Below, piece after piece: positions 29,783 to 39,185 of a stretch of 64,000 nt of DNA. The stretch spans positions 7,234 through 71,233 of the forward strand of contig JACOXY010000014.1 in assembly GCA_016182095.1 (NCBI GenBank). The letters run 5' to 3'. Position 1 is the stretch's first letter. Each line of letters opens with the position of its first letter. The position numbers and the translations under genes were made by a program. The DNA is from Candidatus Liptonbacteria bacterium (GTDB lineage Bacteria; Patescibacteriota; Minisyncoccia; UBA6257; JACOXY01). Below the pieces are notes generated by a model. The model ran no database searches. It was given only the letters and a program-made list of their open reading frames with translations, and had not been told where the DNA came from.

Positions 29783-29896
29783 CCCGTTAGAGATAGGAGG
29801 CGCAACGCCTCCGTAATTTGTTTGCGACTATTTGAAATCAGGTTATTTGAAATATTTTTGCATCCCATTAAATATAGTTTGGTTATTTCTAACGGG
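29783..29896 (-). mobile_element. CCCGTTAGA-family TIR element with ATGAAT duplication at the start codon
   Basis: CCCGTTAGA...TCTAACGGG; ATTCAT at 29777-29782 and 29897-29902. Confidence 0.8.
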
Positions 29897-30202
29897 ATTC
29901 ATAATAAAATTATCATAGCATTAATTATGCGGCTTCCGCAACATATCTGGAGCTAGCGCATCATAAAACCAAAAGAAAAATAACAAGAGCGGCAAGGGAT
30001 AAAATCAGCCAGCCAAGGGTTATGAGCAGTAAATAAACCGCTTGTTTTCAAATGTGGTCAATTTTGGAAAAAGTGCGAACCCACTACGAGCAGAACCCTG
30101 ACAAAACCTAACCGCTCGGGCGGCGCGGAATTCCCCCCTTGAACCCCCCTTCCGCGCCGCCCTCGCGGGAAGTTCGTTTTTGCCCGCTTCGCGGGCACGC
30201 CG

Positions 30203-30601
30203 CTATTTCTTCGGGAAAAGATACTCAACCGCCACTCTCAACATCAAGTAAATCTGTGTTATTGTAGCAGTCACCAACAAACGGAAACTCCATTCTTCAA
30301 GAACAAATCCAAGCCATCCTGTTGCTTGAAGAAAAGCAAACGCGAAAATTATAAACGATTCGATACCGAGAAACCAGAGCAAGACCTTAAGCGTCAATTT
30401 CTTCAACTTAATATCTTGCTCAAGATCTACATTCTTTAGTTTTTCTCTCTTTGCTAATTCCTCTTTAATTCTAACCGGCTTTTGTTCAGAATACGAAAAT
30501 TCACTAGACGACTTTAATAGTTCCGCAACAGATTCAAAAGAAAGTGCTGGAGTTTCTTGCACTTCGGGCTCGTTTTTTGTCTTTTCTTTTTTATCAGTCA
30601 T
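30203..30601 (-). CDS. two-TM hypothetical protein
   Basis: Soluble N-terminus plus two C-terminal TM helices; 4 nt downstream of the peptidase gene. Confidence 0.7.
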   Translation of the reverse strand: MTDKKEKTKNEPEVQETPALSFESVAELLKSSSEFSYSEQKPVRIKEELAKREKLKNVDLEQDIKLKKLTLKVLLWFLGIESFIIFAFAFLQATGWLGFVLEEWSFRLLVTATITQIYLMLRVAVEYLFPKK

Positions 30602-30605
30602 ATCG

Positions 30606-31133
30606 TTAGTTAACGAGCCCCAACCTGCTCAACCTGATACTCATTGCCTCGACCGAAACATTGAAGACTTCTGCACAATCTTCGACATCTCTTAATTTTT
30701 CCCACGCTTTCTTAACGAGCTCCGCTGGCATAATTAAAGACGCCGCAAAGTTATTTGCTTCGGTTTCTAGTTTTGTTGAAGTGGCTTCATCTCTCCGATA
30801 AAGCATTCCCGCTCTATCGAGAACATTCTCTTCGTCAACGAAAAACTCTTTCTTTATTTCCTCTTGATGCAAAAAATAGTGTCCAAGTTCGTGAGCAATG
30901 GTAAAGTATTGTCTGGTAGGCGATTTTGTATTGTTAATGAGAATAGAAAAATTATTTTCTTCCTGGAAAAATCCAATAACCCCCGATACTTTATCGGGCA
31001 ACTTGCCTGTCCGGAATATTTTCAAATCACTTTTATCCTTCTGAATATTTTCATAGGGAAAAGGCGAAAGCCCCTCGGGGTTATACTTTTTTGAAATTTC
31101 TTCAGCGTAATTACAAATTTCCTGTATAGTCAT
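30606..31133 (-). CDS. ImmA/IrrE family metallo-endopeptidase
   Basis: RQYFTIAHELGHYFLH, E.EANNFAASLIMP, FNVS..AM.IRL. Confidence 0.92.
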   Translation of the reverse strand: MTIQEICNYAEEISKKYNPEGLSPFPYENIQKDKSDLKIFRTGKLPDKVSGVIGFFQEENNFSILINNTKSPTRQYFTIAHELGHYFLHQEEIKKEFFVDEENVLDRAGMLYRRDEATSTKLETEANNFAASLIMPAELVKKAWEKLRDVEDCAEVFNVSVEAMSIRLSRLGLVN

Positions 31134-31140
31134 ATTGTTG

Positions 31141-31857
31141 CTATTTGATTTTACGCTTTATTATTTCGACCAAGTTCTCTGGTTTGACTAGAAATGTCTT
31201 GAACTCATCAAAATTTTTATCAGTAATACCAATTTGAAACTCGATACCTCCTCGGTGCTGATGGCTTCTCATGGGGTGTTTTTTGACTTCTTTATCTGAA
31301 AGAACCCAATAATAAATTTTGTCTATCCACACACCAACGAAAACAAAAACATCTACAATATCCAGTTTAAGCTGTTGAAAATTCATCCAATATGGCTCAT
31401 CGGACTCAAAACTTAATGCTTTGGTTTCTAATCCGCCTCTAATTTTTGTGTTGATTGCTCGTGATGCTTTTACTTCAATCTTGATTATTTTACTTCCGTT
31501 TTCAAGATAGAGATCGTAGTCGCCGGAATACTTTTTATCAATCTGTTTTGATGGTTTCTTAAACCCTGAATCCACATCTATCAAATGCTGTTGCGCCCAA
31601 ATTTCACCAAAAACACGAGGTGAAATGTTGTAAAGATTTAGATATGGGTTCGCATTAACATACGCATCTCTTAATGCCTCATATTCTTTGAAAGTGATGA
31701 CTTTCTTATCAAGCAAATACATTAAACGATACTCGTACTCATTAAAGGGATAAATAGATTTTAGCCCGCTCAAATGGGCCAAAAGAATTTTTCGATCTTC
31801 TTGCGGTAATTCTTTGACCCACGCTTCAAGTTTTTTATCTAAATTTTTCTTATCCAT
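31141..31857 (-). CDS. putative type II restriction endonuclease
   Basis: YDL...KIEVKASR PD-(D/E)xK motif, NFQQLK; directly downstream of an MTase. Confidence 0.7.
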   Translation of the reverse strand: MDKKNLDKKLEAWVKELPQEDRKILLAHLSGLKSIYPFNEYEYRLMYLLDKKVITFKEYEALRDAYVNANPYLNLYNISPRVFGEIWAQQHLIDVDSGFKKPSKQIDKKYSGDYDLYLENGSKIIKIEVKASRAINTKIRGGLETKALSFESDEPYWMNFQQLKLDIVDVFVFVGVWIDKIYYWVLSDKEVKKHPMRSHQHRGGIEFQIGITDKNFDEFKTFLVKPENLVEIIKRKIK

Positions 31858-31860
31858 AGA

Positions 31861-32805
31861 TTAAACTAAATCAAGAAGCGTTGGCGCGCCCAACAATTCT
31901 TCATCTTTTACTAAAATTTGGCCGTCTTTTAGAACTTTTAGCCGCCCCCACCCCATCTCGCCTGTGCGCCGGTGGTGAAGTAAACGTGCAGCCATAATCT
32001 TACAATAATTCGGATTTATATCCATTGTGTAGCATTTTCTTTTGCTCAACTCTGCCTGCAATAAGGTTGAACCGGAATGACCAAAAAAATCTACAACAAG
32101 ATCGTCAGTTTTGCTACTGGCCTCGATTATCCGTTTCGCGGATTTTAGAGGTTTCTGTGCAAAACACCCCTCAATATTCTCATGCATCAAATAAAAAACT
32201 TGTTGAATGTCATGCCAAACATTACCCGCGCGAATTGTTAGCGATTTACTCCTTTCAAAATTTTCAGTCATTTTTCCGTTCACTTTTTTGTAATATCCTT
32301 TTGTCTTTTTAGGTATATCTGTATATTCAGCCTGGACATCAAAAGCTGGCTCTCCCTTTATGTAGTAAAGCAGTTCTTGACGAATAGCCATCCAGTTTTT
32401 TTGTGTTCCATACCCTCTTTGATTTCTCATGGTAATAAAGCTCCGAATCTTCACCGGCTTATTCCTCATCATAAGAATAAAATCGGGCAATGGTTGTAAA
32501 CCACTCCTAACATCTGCCCCAAGCCAAACATAAAATGAAGAATTGTTATGAAGTATGTCTAGTGTATTATCAACCCACTTTTCGCTCCAATTCATATATT
32601 GATCTAGTGGCAAATTTCCGAATTCGTCGTTGATGTCCACATTGTAAGGCGGGTCTTGCACCGCTAACACGGCTTTTTCTTTTTCCATCAATTTTTCAAC
32701 ATCTTCTTTTTTGGAAACATCAAGACAACCAACGCGATGACCGCTAACTGGGTCTTCCCAAATCATTCCGTATTCAAAATTTGGCAAGCTGTTAGTTTTT
32801 GCCAT
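31861..32805 (-). CDS. beta-class amino DNA methyltransferase
   Basis: QDPPYN, AQKP, VDFFGHSGSTL; start taken at the ATG overlapping the controller gene. Confidence 0.9.
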   Translation of the reverse strand: MAKTNSLPNFEYGMIWEDPVSGHRVGCLDVSKKEDVEKLMEKEKAVLAVQDPPYNVDINDEFGNLPLDQYMNWSEKWVDNTLDILHNNSSFYVWLGADVRSGLQPLPDFILMMRNKPVKIRSFITMRNQRGYGTQKNWMAIRQELLYYIKGEPAFDVQAEYTDIPKKTKGYYKKVNGKMTENFERSKSLTIRAGNVWHDIQQVFYLMHENIEGCFAQKPLKSAKRIIEASSKTDDLVVDFFGHSGSTLLQAELSKRKCYTMDINPNYCKIMAARLLHHRRTGEMGWGRLKVLKDGQILVKDEELLGAPTLLDLV

Positions 32806-33013
32806 TGTTGAAAAATTCTTTTGGGCTAATTTCGAGTGCATGGGCTAATTTTTGGATATTTTTTAAGGCCGGATTTCTTATTCCTCGCTCAATGCCACTT
32901 ATGTAGGTTCGATGTAGTCCAGTAATTTTTGATAATTGACCTTGCGAAATTGCTCGTTTTTCTCTCAATTCTCGCAACCGCTTGCCAAATTTTGATAATT
33001 CTTGATTCTTCAT
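32792..33013 (-). CDS. XRE HTH regulator (R-M controller protein-like)
   Basis: FG.RLRELR....SQ..L....GLHRTYISGIERG.RNP.L.NI. Confidence 0.88.
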   Translation of the reverse strand: MKNQELSKFGKRLRELREKRAISQGQLSKITGLHRTYISGIERGIRNPALKNIQKLAHALEISPKEFFNNGKN

Positions 33014-33278
33014 ACATAAACACGATATCCACTTGAAATCATTTTATCATTGTGAATAAGATAAGTATATAGTAGAATATAAGTCACTAGGGAGTATAAT
33101 GATGTTGCGCGCGCACTGGGAGGGTGGGGCAAGCGCAACTCCAACTTTTCTAGCGGCGCGCCCGCGAAGCGGGCAAAAACGAACTTCCCGCGAGGGCGGC
33201 GCGGAAGGGGGGTTTAAGGGGGGAATTCCGCGCCGCCCGAGCGGTTAGGTTTCGTCAGGGTTCTGACTTTTTCAAATG

Positions 33279-33349
33279 TGGACCTAGCGAGAATCGAACT
33301 CGCGCCTTCTGCATGCCATGCAGATATTCTACCACTGAATTATAGGCCC
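33279..33349 (-). tRNA. tRNA-Ala(GGC)
   Basis: GGGCCTA/TAGGTCC acceptor with G3-U70, TCTGC-AT GGC AT-GCAGA, GTTCGATTC. Confidence 0.92.
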
Positions 33350-33419
33350 GCTTGAACTTTATAACATTTTCATTGTAATCTTGCAACAAAAATGTTATAA
33401 AGTTAATCTTAAATAAGGG

Positions 33420-33494
33420 GCCCTCGTAGTTCAATGGACAGAACAATTCCGTCCTAAGGAAAAAATGGGAGTTCGATTCTCTCCGAGGGCACCA
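33420..33494 (+). tRNA. tRNA-Arg(CCT)
   Basis: GCCCTCG/CGAGGGC acceptor, TTCC-GT CCT AA-GGAA, GTTCGATTC, CCA. Confidence 0.92.
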
Positions 33495-33498
33495 CGTA

Positions 33499-33699
33499 GG
33501 AAATTGACTGAAACTAACGCGCCGCACTCGTCCCGAATAAAGCGGTGGGGTGGCTGAGCCCGGTTGAAGGCGCCACACTCGAAATGTGGTATGCTCGAAA
33601 GGGCATCGTGAGTTCAAATCTCACCCCCACCGCTTTGCGCGGGATAAAAAATGCGGTTGGGGAGAAATCCCCTCGGAGGTTCTAATCCTCCACCCTCCG
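33499..33699 (+). pseudogene. decayed tRNA-Ser(CGA) split at the anticodon by a 118-nt insert
   Basis: 5' half ends CCGCA-CTCG (33530); 3' half AAA-TGCGG, variable arm, GGAGG-TTCTAAT-CCTCC, ACCCTCCG (33649-33699). Confidence 0.6.
33544..33632 (+). tRNA. tRNA-Ser(CGA)
   Basis: GGTGGGG/CCCCACC acceptor, CCACA-CT CGA AA-TGTGG, long variable arm, GTTCAAATC. Confidence 0.93.
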
Positions 33700-33806
33700 C
33701 AAATGTTTTTTGCTATATTTTTTGGTACCGCAAGATAGAAAAAATAACAATTGAGAAAAATTTGGCGGGAATTAGTTATAAGTGATATAATGAACATATA
33801 AGTATT

Positions 33807-34196
33807 ATGAATTGGAATCCCACAATTTATCTTCTCTGGCTGACCATTAAATACTTAATCGTTGCTTCCGCGATTGCCTACGGCTTTTTGTGGCTGATAT
33901 TCAGATTTTACGTGAAAGAATATGAAATGGATGCTAAAAGCCAAATAATGATTTCTTTCAAAACCTTCGGAACTTTCATATTGATAAACTTCGTTTTTCT
34001 TCTTTGGCTACCGCCGATATCTACGAGCATATTGCCTCCGTTTTTCCTAAGCATTGGAGCGTCTTTATTTGTAGCGCACAGGCTTCTTATTAAGGCAGGA
34101 ATGGAAAAGAAAGAAACTTGGCGTGTTGCCATGCCATGGTTTGCTGCCATGTTAGCTTTCTCGCTGATTTTTATGTCTGTCGAGGGGATTATTTAA
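33807..34196 (+). CDS. hypothetical 4-TM membrane protein
   Basis: Hydrophobic ORF with TG-n-TATAAT just upstream. Confidence 0.65.
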   Translation: MNWNPTIYLLWLTIKYLIVASAIAYGFLWLIFRFYVKEYEMDAKSQIMISFKTFGTFILINFVFLLWLPPISTSILPPFFLSIGASLFVAHRLLIKAGMEKKETWRVAMPWFAAMLAFSLIFMSVEGII

Positions 34197-34220
34197 AACA
34201 AACAAATTAAAATAAAAAAT

Positions 34221-34751
34221 ATGGGAATAATACCGAGAAGAAAAATGCCATCCGGCACAAAAGTTAAGCGGCTGACTCTTTATCCCAGAGAGAAGTATTC
34301 GTTCGAGAAACCTGAAGAGGCCCCAGAGACATTCGAAAAACCGCCAGAAAAACCAAGGGGGGAATGGCGATGGGTCCCCACAAGAGAAAAGCCAGAAATG
34401 AAAGCTCCGGAGAAATTGCCATATTTTAGGGACCTCCCGCCAAAATACGAGGAACCGACGCCTCCGCCGCCCGCTCCTAAAGAAGGCATGAGCGACGCTA
34501 AATTGTTTGCCGTCTGGGCATTCATTATCGCCATAGCTATAATTATTGCGTCTATAATCGGCAGTACCGATGAGAACTGGGACTGGGGTGGCGGAGGAGG
34601 CGGAGGCGGGCTGAACTGCCCGGCTACATGTGATAGCACTGTCGGGGTTACCGTAGACGAGCGCTGCCCTTGCCCATCTCCTTGTTTTCGTTCTTTCAAA
34701 TCAACAAACCCTCCGGGAGTAAGCGGAAATTATAAACAATGTTATAGATAA
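34221..34751 (+). CDS. hypothetical single-pass membrane protein
   Basis: Pro/Glu/Lys-rich N-terminus, TM, Gly9 linker, 6-Cys C-terminal module. Confidence 0.65.
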   Translation: MGIIPRRKMPSGTKVKRLTLYPREKYSFEKPEEAPETFEKPPEKPRGEWRWVPTREKPEMKAPEKLPYFRDLPPKYEEPTPPPPAPKEGMSDAKLFAVWAFIIAIAIIIASIIGSTDENWDWGGGGGGGGLNCPATCDSTVGVTVDERCPCPSPCFRSFKSTNPPGVSGNYKQCYR

Positions 34752-34758
34752 TTAAAAA

Positions 34759-35292
34759 ATGAGAAAAACACTTACCATAATTATTATTTCCATCATTCTC
34801 GTCTTGGCGGGATATCTGACTTACCGATACTTCTTTTATACTTGTTGCGCCCTGCCGCCTAAATCCATACCAACCGCCTCAAGTGATTTGAGATTAAACG
34901 ACCCCGGCCTGTTGTATGCCAAGCGGGCCTTTATCGGTCTTTGCCGTACAAAATCCGGCGACGGAGGCAGCTGCCATTACAATACTTATTTATATGCCTC
35001 CGGGAAACTGACCATGGAATCGGGGGAGCTCGCCATAACACCCGACGGCGAAAAATCTACCGCTTATCCGGCTGTTGAAAAACAACTGGATAAAGTACTG
35101 ATGGACAGGATAATAAAGCAGATCAGAGATTCAGGAGTCATGACCAAGCCGTGCGACGCGGAATTGGTAATGGATTACTTCGTCAATTATTTTTTATTTC
35201 TGGACGGCATAAAAAAAGAAGCTAAGTTCCCCGGCTGTGAAGCGGAATTCAATGCAATAGATAAATTAATTGATACGGCCGCGGATAAATAA
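34759..35292 (+). CDS. hypothetical exported protein
   Basis: N-terminal TM/signal and paired cysteines. Confidence 0.65.
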   Translation: MRKTLTIIIISIILVLAGYLTYRYFFYTCCALPPKSIPTASSDLRLNDPGLLYAKRAFIGLCRTKSGDGGSCHYNTYLYASGKLTMESGELAITPDGEKSTAYPAVEKQLDKVLMDRIIKQIRDSGVMTKPCDAELVMDYFVNYFLFLDGIKKEAKFPGCEAEFNAIDKLIDTAADK

Positions 35293-35438
35293 CTATGAAA
35301 AGATTTTATCTCATTTTAAAAATTCTACTCATTCTAGCGATTTTAATCGCATTGGCCTATTTAGTAACTCCCACGGACAGCGAAATTATTTTAAAAAGGC
35401 CATGGCTTCAATAAATAATAAAGGGCTTTTTATTTACA

Positions 35439-36131
35439 ATGGAAAATGCGGGAGAAAATAAAGAAAAAATCAGTGAGTTGGCGCACAGGTGGGAGACGCG
35501 GCTTCAGGAAAAGCTTGATGAGGCATTAAGCGACCCAAGCGTCGACAAGAAAAAAATTGAAGACACATTGTGGGAATATGGAATTTTGGAGCGGATAGAT
35601 CCGCGAGACAGTGAAGAGCGTGAGGCGAGAAAAGAAAATAGCAGTGACCTATGGGACGGGGGGCGAGATAACCCCGAGCTATACTGGCGCTTGCTTTATT
35701 CGCTTGGCTTAATTCACGAGTCTATTAAAAGAAATTATTCGCTTGTCGGCGGATTGGCTGTGGGCGCGTTAACGGGCATTGTGTATTTACACGCGAAAGC
35801 TCAAGAGAGAATATATAAAGAATTTTTCCCTGGTTCTAAAAACGCGTATGTTGATCTTAATAATGATTTAATTGAGAAAGCAAAAGATGAGTTGCATAAG
35901 CGCGGCGTGGCCAACCCGCAGCTTATTTCCTGGGGCTCCGAGGGCGTTTGGAAAGGAATCCCCGTTACTGTAGAAAGATATGCCAGCGATGGCACCGTAG
36001 TATTTCATGCCAATAACATATCCGACCATATGAAAATTTATGATCTTAGCGATCGGGGTAGTGTACTGCCAAGCAGTGTAAATCCCGAAGATTTTACCTT
36101 ACCCCTTAAGCGTCCTAAACAGAAAAAATAG
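35439..36131 (+). CDS. hypothetical protein
   Basis: 230-aa ORF. Confidence 0.6.
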   Translation: MENAGENKEKISELAHRWETRLQEKLDEALSDPSVDKKKIEDTLWEYGILERIDPRDSEEREARKENSSDLWDGGRDNPELYWRLLYSLGLIHESIKRNYSLVGGLAVGALTGIVYLHAKAQERIYKEFFPGSKNAYVDLNNDLIEKAKDELHKRGVANPQLISWGSEGVWKGIPVTVERYASDGTVVFHANNISDHMKIYDLSDRGSVLPSSVNPEDFTLPLKRPKQKK

Positions 36132-36149
36132 AAATATTTCTCATTTATC

Positions 36150-36581
36150 ATGGAAAACAAAAGCGAGGAATGGAAAGGTGGCGGGAAAGAGGAGTGGCCA
36201 GAGGAGCTTGAGCATTTTTTCAAATATAGCAAGATATTGCCAGAAGATGTACCAAGAGAACTTCTTGAGTTTCCTTCTGATTTAATTATAGAAACAATGC
36301 ATAATCTCTTTAATTTATCGCGCGAGCAAAGCGCGGATGAACTGCGAAACTACATGGCTTACATAGTAGAAAAAGAGCAGTCACTTACGGCTTCAGGCAA
36401 AAACGCGGAAAACGATTTTGATGCTTACAAACTCCGGCAGACAAAAAAGCTTTATGAATATATGCTTGCCTTTGTAGAAAAGTATGGCTGGGAAAAAAGT
36501 TTCGGGCTGGTAAGAAATCTTGAGGAAATCAATCCGAAACACTTACTGCTTAAAGAATTTTACGATAAACAGAAAAAATGA
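36150..36581 (+). CDS. hypothetical protein
   Basis: 143-aa ORF. Confidence 0.6.
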   Translation: MENKSEEWKGGGKEEWPEELEHFFKYSKILPEDVPRELLEFPSDLIIETMHNLFNLSREQSADELRNYMAYIVEKEQSLTASGKNAENDFDAYKLRQTKKLYEYMLAFVEKYGWEKSFGLVRNLEEINPKHLLLKEFYDKQKK

Positions 36582-36666
36582 AAAGTCCTTTTACTACTTG
36601 ACACAAATAATAGCCCTTGCTACCCTTCTAGTAGATTTATTCCCAACTTTTTAGGAGACGGAAGAG

Positions 36667-37365
36667 ATGAGAAATGTTCAAAGCGGAAAAACGATCCCGG
36701 CATTTCCGAATTCATTCCCATACAACGAGCTTTTGCTTAGCGGCAAGCTTTCGGCAAAAACACGCACATGGCGCTGGGGACACACAGGATTGACGCTACT
36801 CTACACATCAACAAGCACCGCTCGCGAAGTCGCTTCGGCGCATGGCCTTAATCCAAAAGGTACTCCTCGTGGCGTTCTTGTCGGCGTAGGAGAGCTCGTG
36901 CCAGTTCGAAAGCTTACTTATGCGGAAGCAAAGCGGATTGAAAGAGAGTTCGACAACAATACTGGAACAGTCAGTATCGGCGCCGGAGCTTGGCGATACA
37001 AGTTCAAAAACCTCAAGCGTTTCAAGAAACCCGTTCCATTCAAGCCACCGCAGGGAGCCGTCAGACTTTTCAACGTTCCAGTTACGGTTGTTGCAAGAGC
37101 TCTTAAAGAGGTTGGAGTTTCTACTTCAAATTTAGGGGGTCCCCAATATAGGAAGTTACCAATAGTCACAAAAACATGGAGGAAAACCGACCCGCCCAAA
37201 AAACAAGGAAAGGTCGTAAAGTTGCGCTATAGGGACTCTTTTGGCGGGGTTCGTCAGGGCAACTTTTACTGGGATAATACCGAACAAACATGGATTGAGT
37301 GTGATGACCCGGAAGGAATTGCCTTATATGAAGACGATGGATATATAGTGTTGGGCTGGCAATAG
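36667..37365 (+). CDS. ASCH/PUA-like domain protein
   Basis: PY.ELLLSG...KTRTW...G..LLY.S, PRG.LVG..EL, KRF..PVP; TTGACA promoter and AGGAG upstream. Confidence 0.6.
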   Translation: MRNVQSGKTIPAFPNSFPYNELLLSGKLSAKTRTWRWGHTGLTLLYTSTSTAREVASAHGLNPKGTPRGVLVGVGELVPVRKLTYAEAKRIEREFDNNTGTVSIGAGAWRYKFKNLKRFKKPVPFKPPQGAVRLFNVPVTVVARALKEVGVSTSNLGGPQYRKLPIVTKTWRKTDPPKKQGKVVKLRYRDSFGGVRQGNFYWDNTEQTWIECDDPEGIALYEDDGYIVLGWQ

Positions 37366-37438
37366 TAATTTCACATTAATAGCGGCTAATAGTATCGGGC
37401 CGCTTTTTGATTTTTTTATAATTTGCTATACTAATCTC

Positions 37439-38536
37439 ATGCTAAAAGACAACTCCCCTGTTATAAAAATAGTTAAAAAAACCCTGCCGGCGGTAATTTC
37501 AATTATTATTTCCAAAGATGCCAAAGAGGTTCAAAAAGAGTTGGATCAGAATTTGTCGCAGGTGCCGATCATGAATCCCGACCAGACAAAAATACCGAAA
37601 GAAGCCATAGACGCAAACGGCATGGTAAAAATTGGAGGCGGATCCGGTTTTGTTGTAAATGAGAATGGCACTATTTTAACCAATAAGCACGTCATAGCCG
37701 ACCCCAAGGCGGAATACGCAATCTTTACATCTAACGGAGAAAAATATGAGGCCGAGGTACTGGCGCGCGATCCGATAAACGACGTTGCAATTTTAAAAAT
37801 TAAGCCACAAAAACCTCTGCCAGTACTCTTGCTCGGCGATTCAACCAGGGTGGAACTTGGGCAATCCGTGCTCGCATTTGGAAACGCCTTGGGAATATTC
37901 AGGAATACGGTGTCATCAGGTATAGTTTCGGGCCTTTCCCGCTCTATAGCCGCGCAGGCCGACCCAACGGCCCCGCCGCAAGAAATGAGAGGCCTAATAC
38001 AGACAGACGCCGCAATTAACCCGGGAAACTCCGGCGGGCCGCTAGTTGATATTTTCGGGAAAGCAATCGGCATCAACGCGGCGCTTTTATTCGGCGCGCA
38101 AAATATCGGGTTCGCGATCCCCATAAATCACGCGAAGCGAGATCTGGAGGATTTGTGGCATTACGGCCATATCAAAAGGCCACTCTTGGGCATAAGTTAT
38201 GTGACGGTTGATGAAAATCTAAAAGCAAAAATGAATTTACCGGTTGATTACGGGGCGCTCGTGACCGGAGAAATGCATGAGCATAAAAATATTCTGGAAC
38301 ATGACCCAACACACCGCGCCTGCGCGAGAAGCGGCATAGTAATGGATAGCCCCGCCCACAAAGCCGGCATCAGAGAGAAGGATATAATATTGGAATGCAA
38401 CGGCGAGAAACTCGGGGTGGAAAAAACAATCCAGGATTTTCTTGAGGACCTTAAAGTTGGAGACACTTTGGCGCTCAAAGTTATGCGGGGAAATAAAGAA
38501 TTCAACGCCAAGGTACTTTTAGCAGAAAGAAAATGA
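37439..38536 (+). CDS. htrA: HtrA/DegP-like serine protease with PDZ domain
   Basis: GSGF, TNKHV, D.AILK, QTDAAINPGNSGGPL, SPA.KAG. Confidence 0.93.
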   Translation: MLKDNSPVIKIVKKTLPAVISIIISKDAKEVQKELDQNLSQVPIMNPDQTKIPKEAIDANGMVKIGGGSGFVVNENGTILTNKHVIADPKAEYAIFTSNGEKYEAEVLARDPINDVAILKIKPQKPLPVLLLGDSTRVELGQSVLAFGNALGIFRNTVSSGIVSGLSRSIAAQADPTAPPQEMRGLIQTDAAINPGNSGGPLVDIFGKAIGINAALLFGAQNIGFAIPINHAKRDLEDLWHYGHIKRPLLGISYVTVDENLKAKMNLPVDYGALVTGEMHEHKNILEHDPTHRACARSGIVMDSPAHKAGIREKDIILECNGEKLGVEKTIQDFLEDLKVGDTLALKVMRGNKEFNAKVLLAERK

Positions 38537-38561
38537 TTTATATAACTCAATACTGAATCCG

Positions 38562-39157
38562 TATCCTATATCTGTCCGATTGGACAAATCGGATTAAGAC
38601 GAAAAAGAAAAGGGCGCCAACAATGGGCGCTTTTTCTGACCCTACCCACACACCAAATTCCGAATACTATCCCTCGTGGCTTGATTATTTTGCCGCGGAA
38701 GGGTTCCGCACTTCGTAACAAAAATGCTCCGACCTTTGTCGGAGCGGAGCGCTTCACTTGCCATCGTCGAAAAATCGTCTAAGGTTGGCGGTATTACGCT
38801 TAAGAGAGTAAAGCGCTCCTCGAATCTTTTCCGGTCCTTTGCGAAGAATTTCACCGCCAAAGCCACTTTTTGCTAAATCCCTTTCGTATTTAGAAAGTTC
38901 CTCCAAACACATGTTAATTCCGTTATCTAATTCATTTATTTCCTGCAGAGCTTCGCACACCAACTCGCCGACCTTTTTGCTATTCATTATCCTCTCGGCA
39001 CCATTGAAAACAAGCTAAAAAGAACATATCATGAAATTGCGTAAAGCACAACTTCTAACGAATTACAGGCGGTGTGCGAAAGTACAAATAAAACACAGAG
39101 ATTACAGTTCGTATTTTAGTCTTAATCCGATTTGTCCAATCGGATAGATGTAGGATA
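38562..39157. mobile_element. 39-bp inverted-repeat-bounded cassette between htrA and relA
   Basis: 38562-38600 pairs with 39119-39157 (two mismatches, both G-U on the + strand). Confidence 0.7.
38754..38987 (-). CDS. small hypothetical protein inside the inverted-repeat cassette
   Basis: 77-aa helical ORF with GAGGA SD. Confidence 0.55.
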   Translation of the reverse strand: MNSKKVGELVCEALQEINELDNGINMCLEELSKYERDLAKSGFGGEILRKGPEKIRGALYSLKRNTANLRRFFDDGK

Positions 39158-39185
39158 GTAAATTCGTAATTCATCATAGAAATTC

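Larger units (their letters stand above)
30045..33281. mobile_element. defence island at the 3' end of tRNA-Ala
   Basis: 13-bp direct repeat TTTTCAAATGTGG (30045-30057, 33269-33281, the latter overlapping the tRNA 3' end); ~115-bp inverted repeats at ~30091-30205 / ~33151-33265. Confidence 0.7.
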
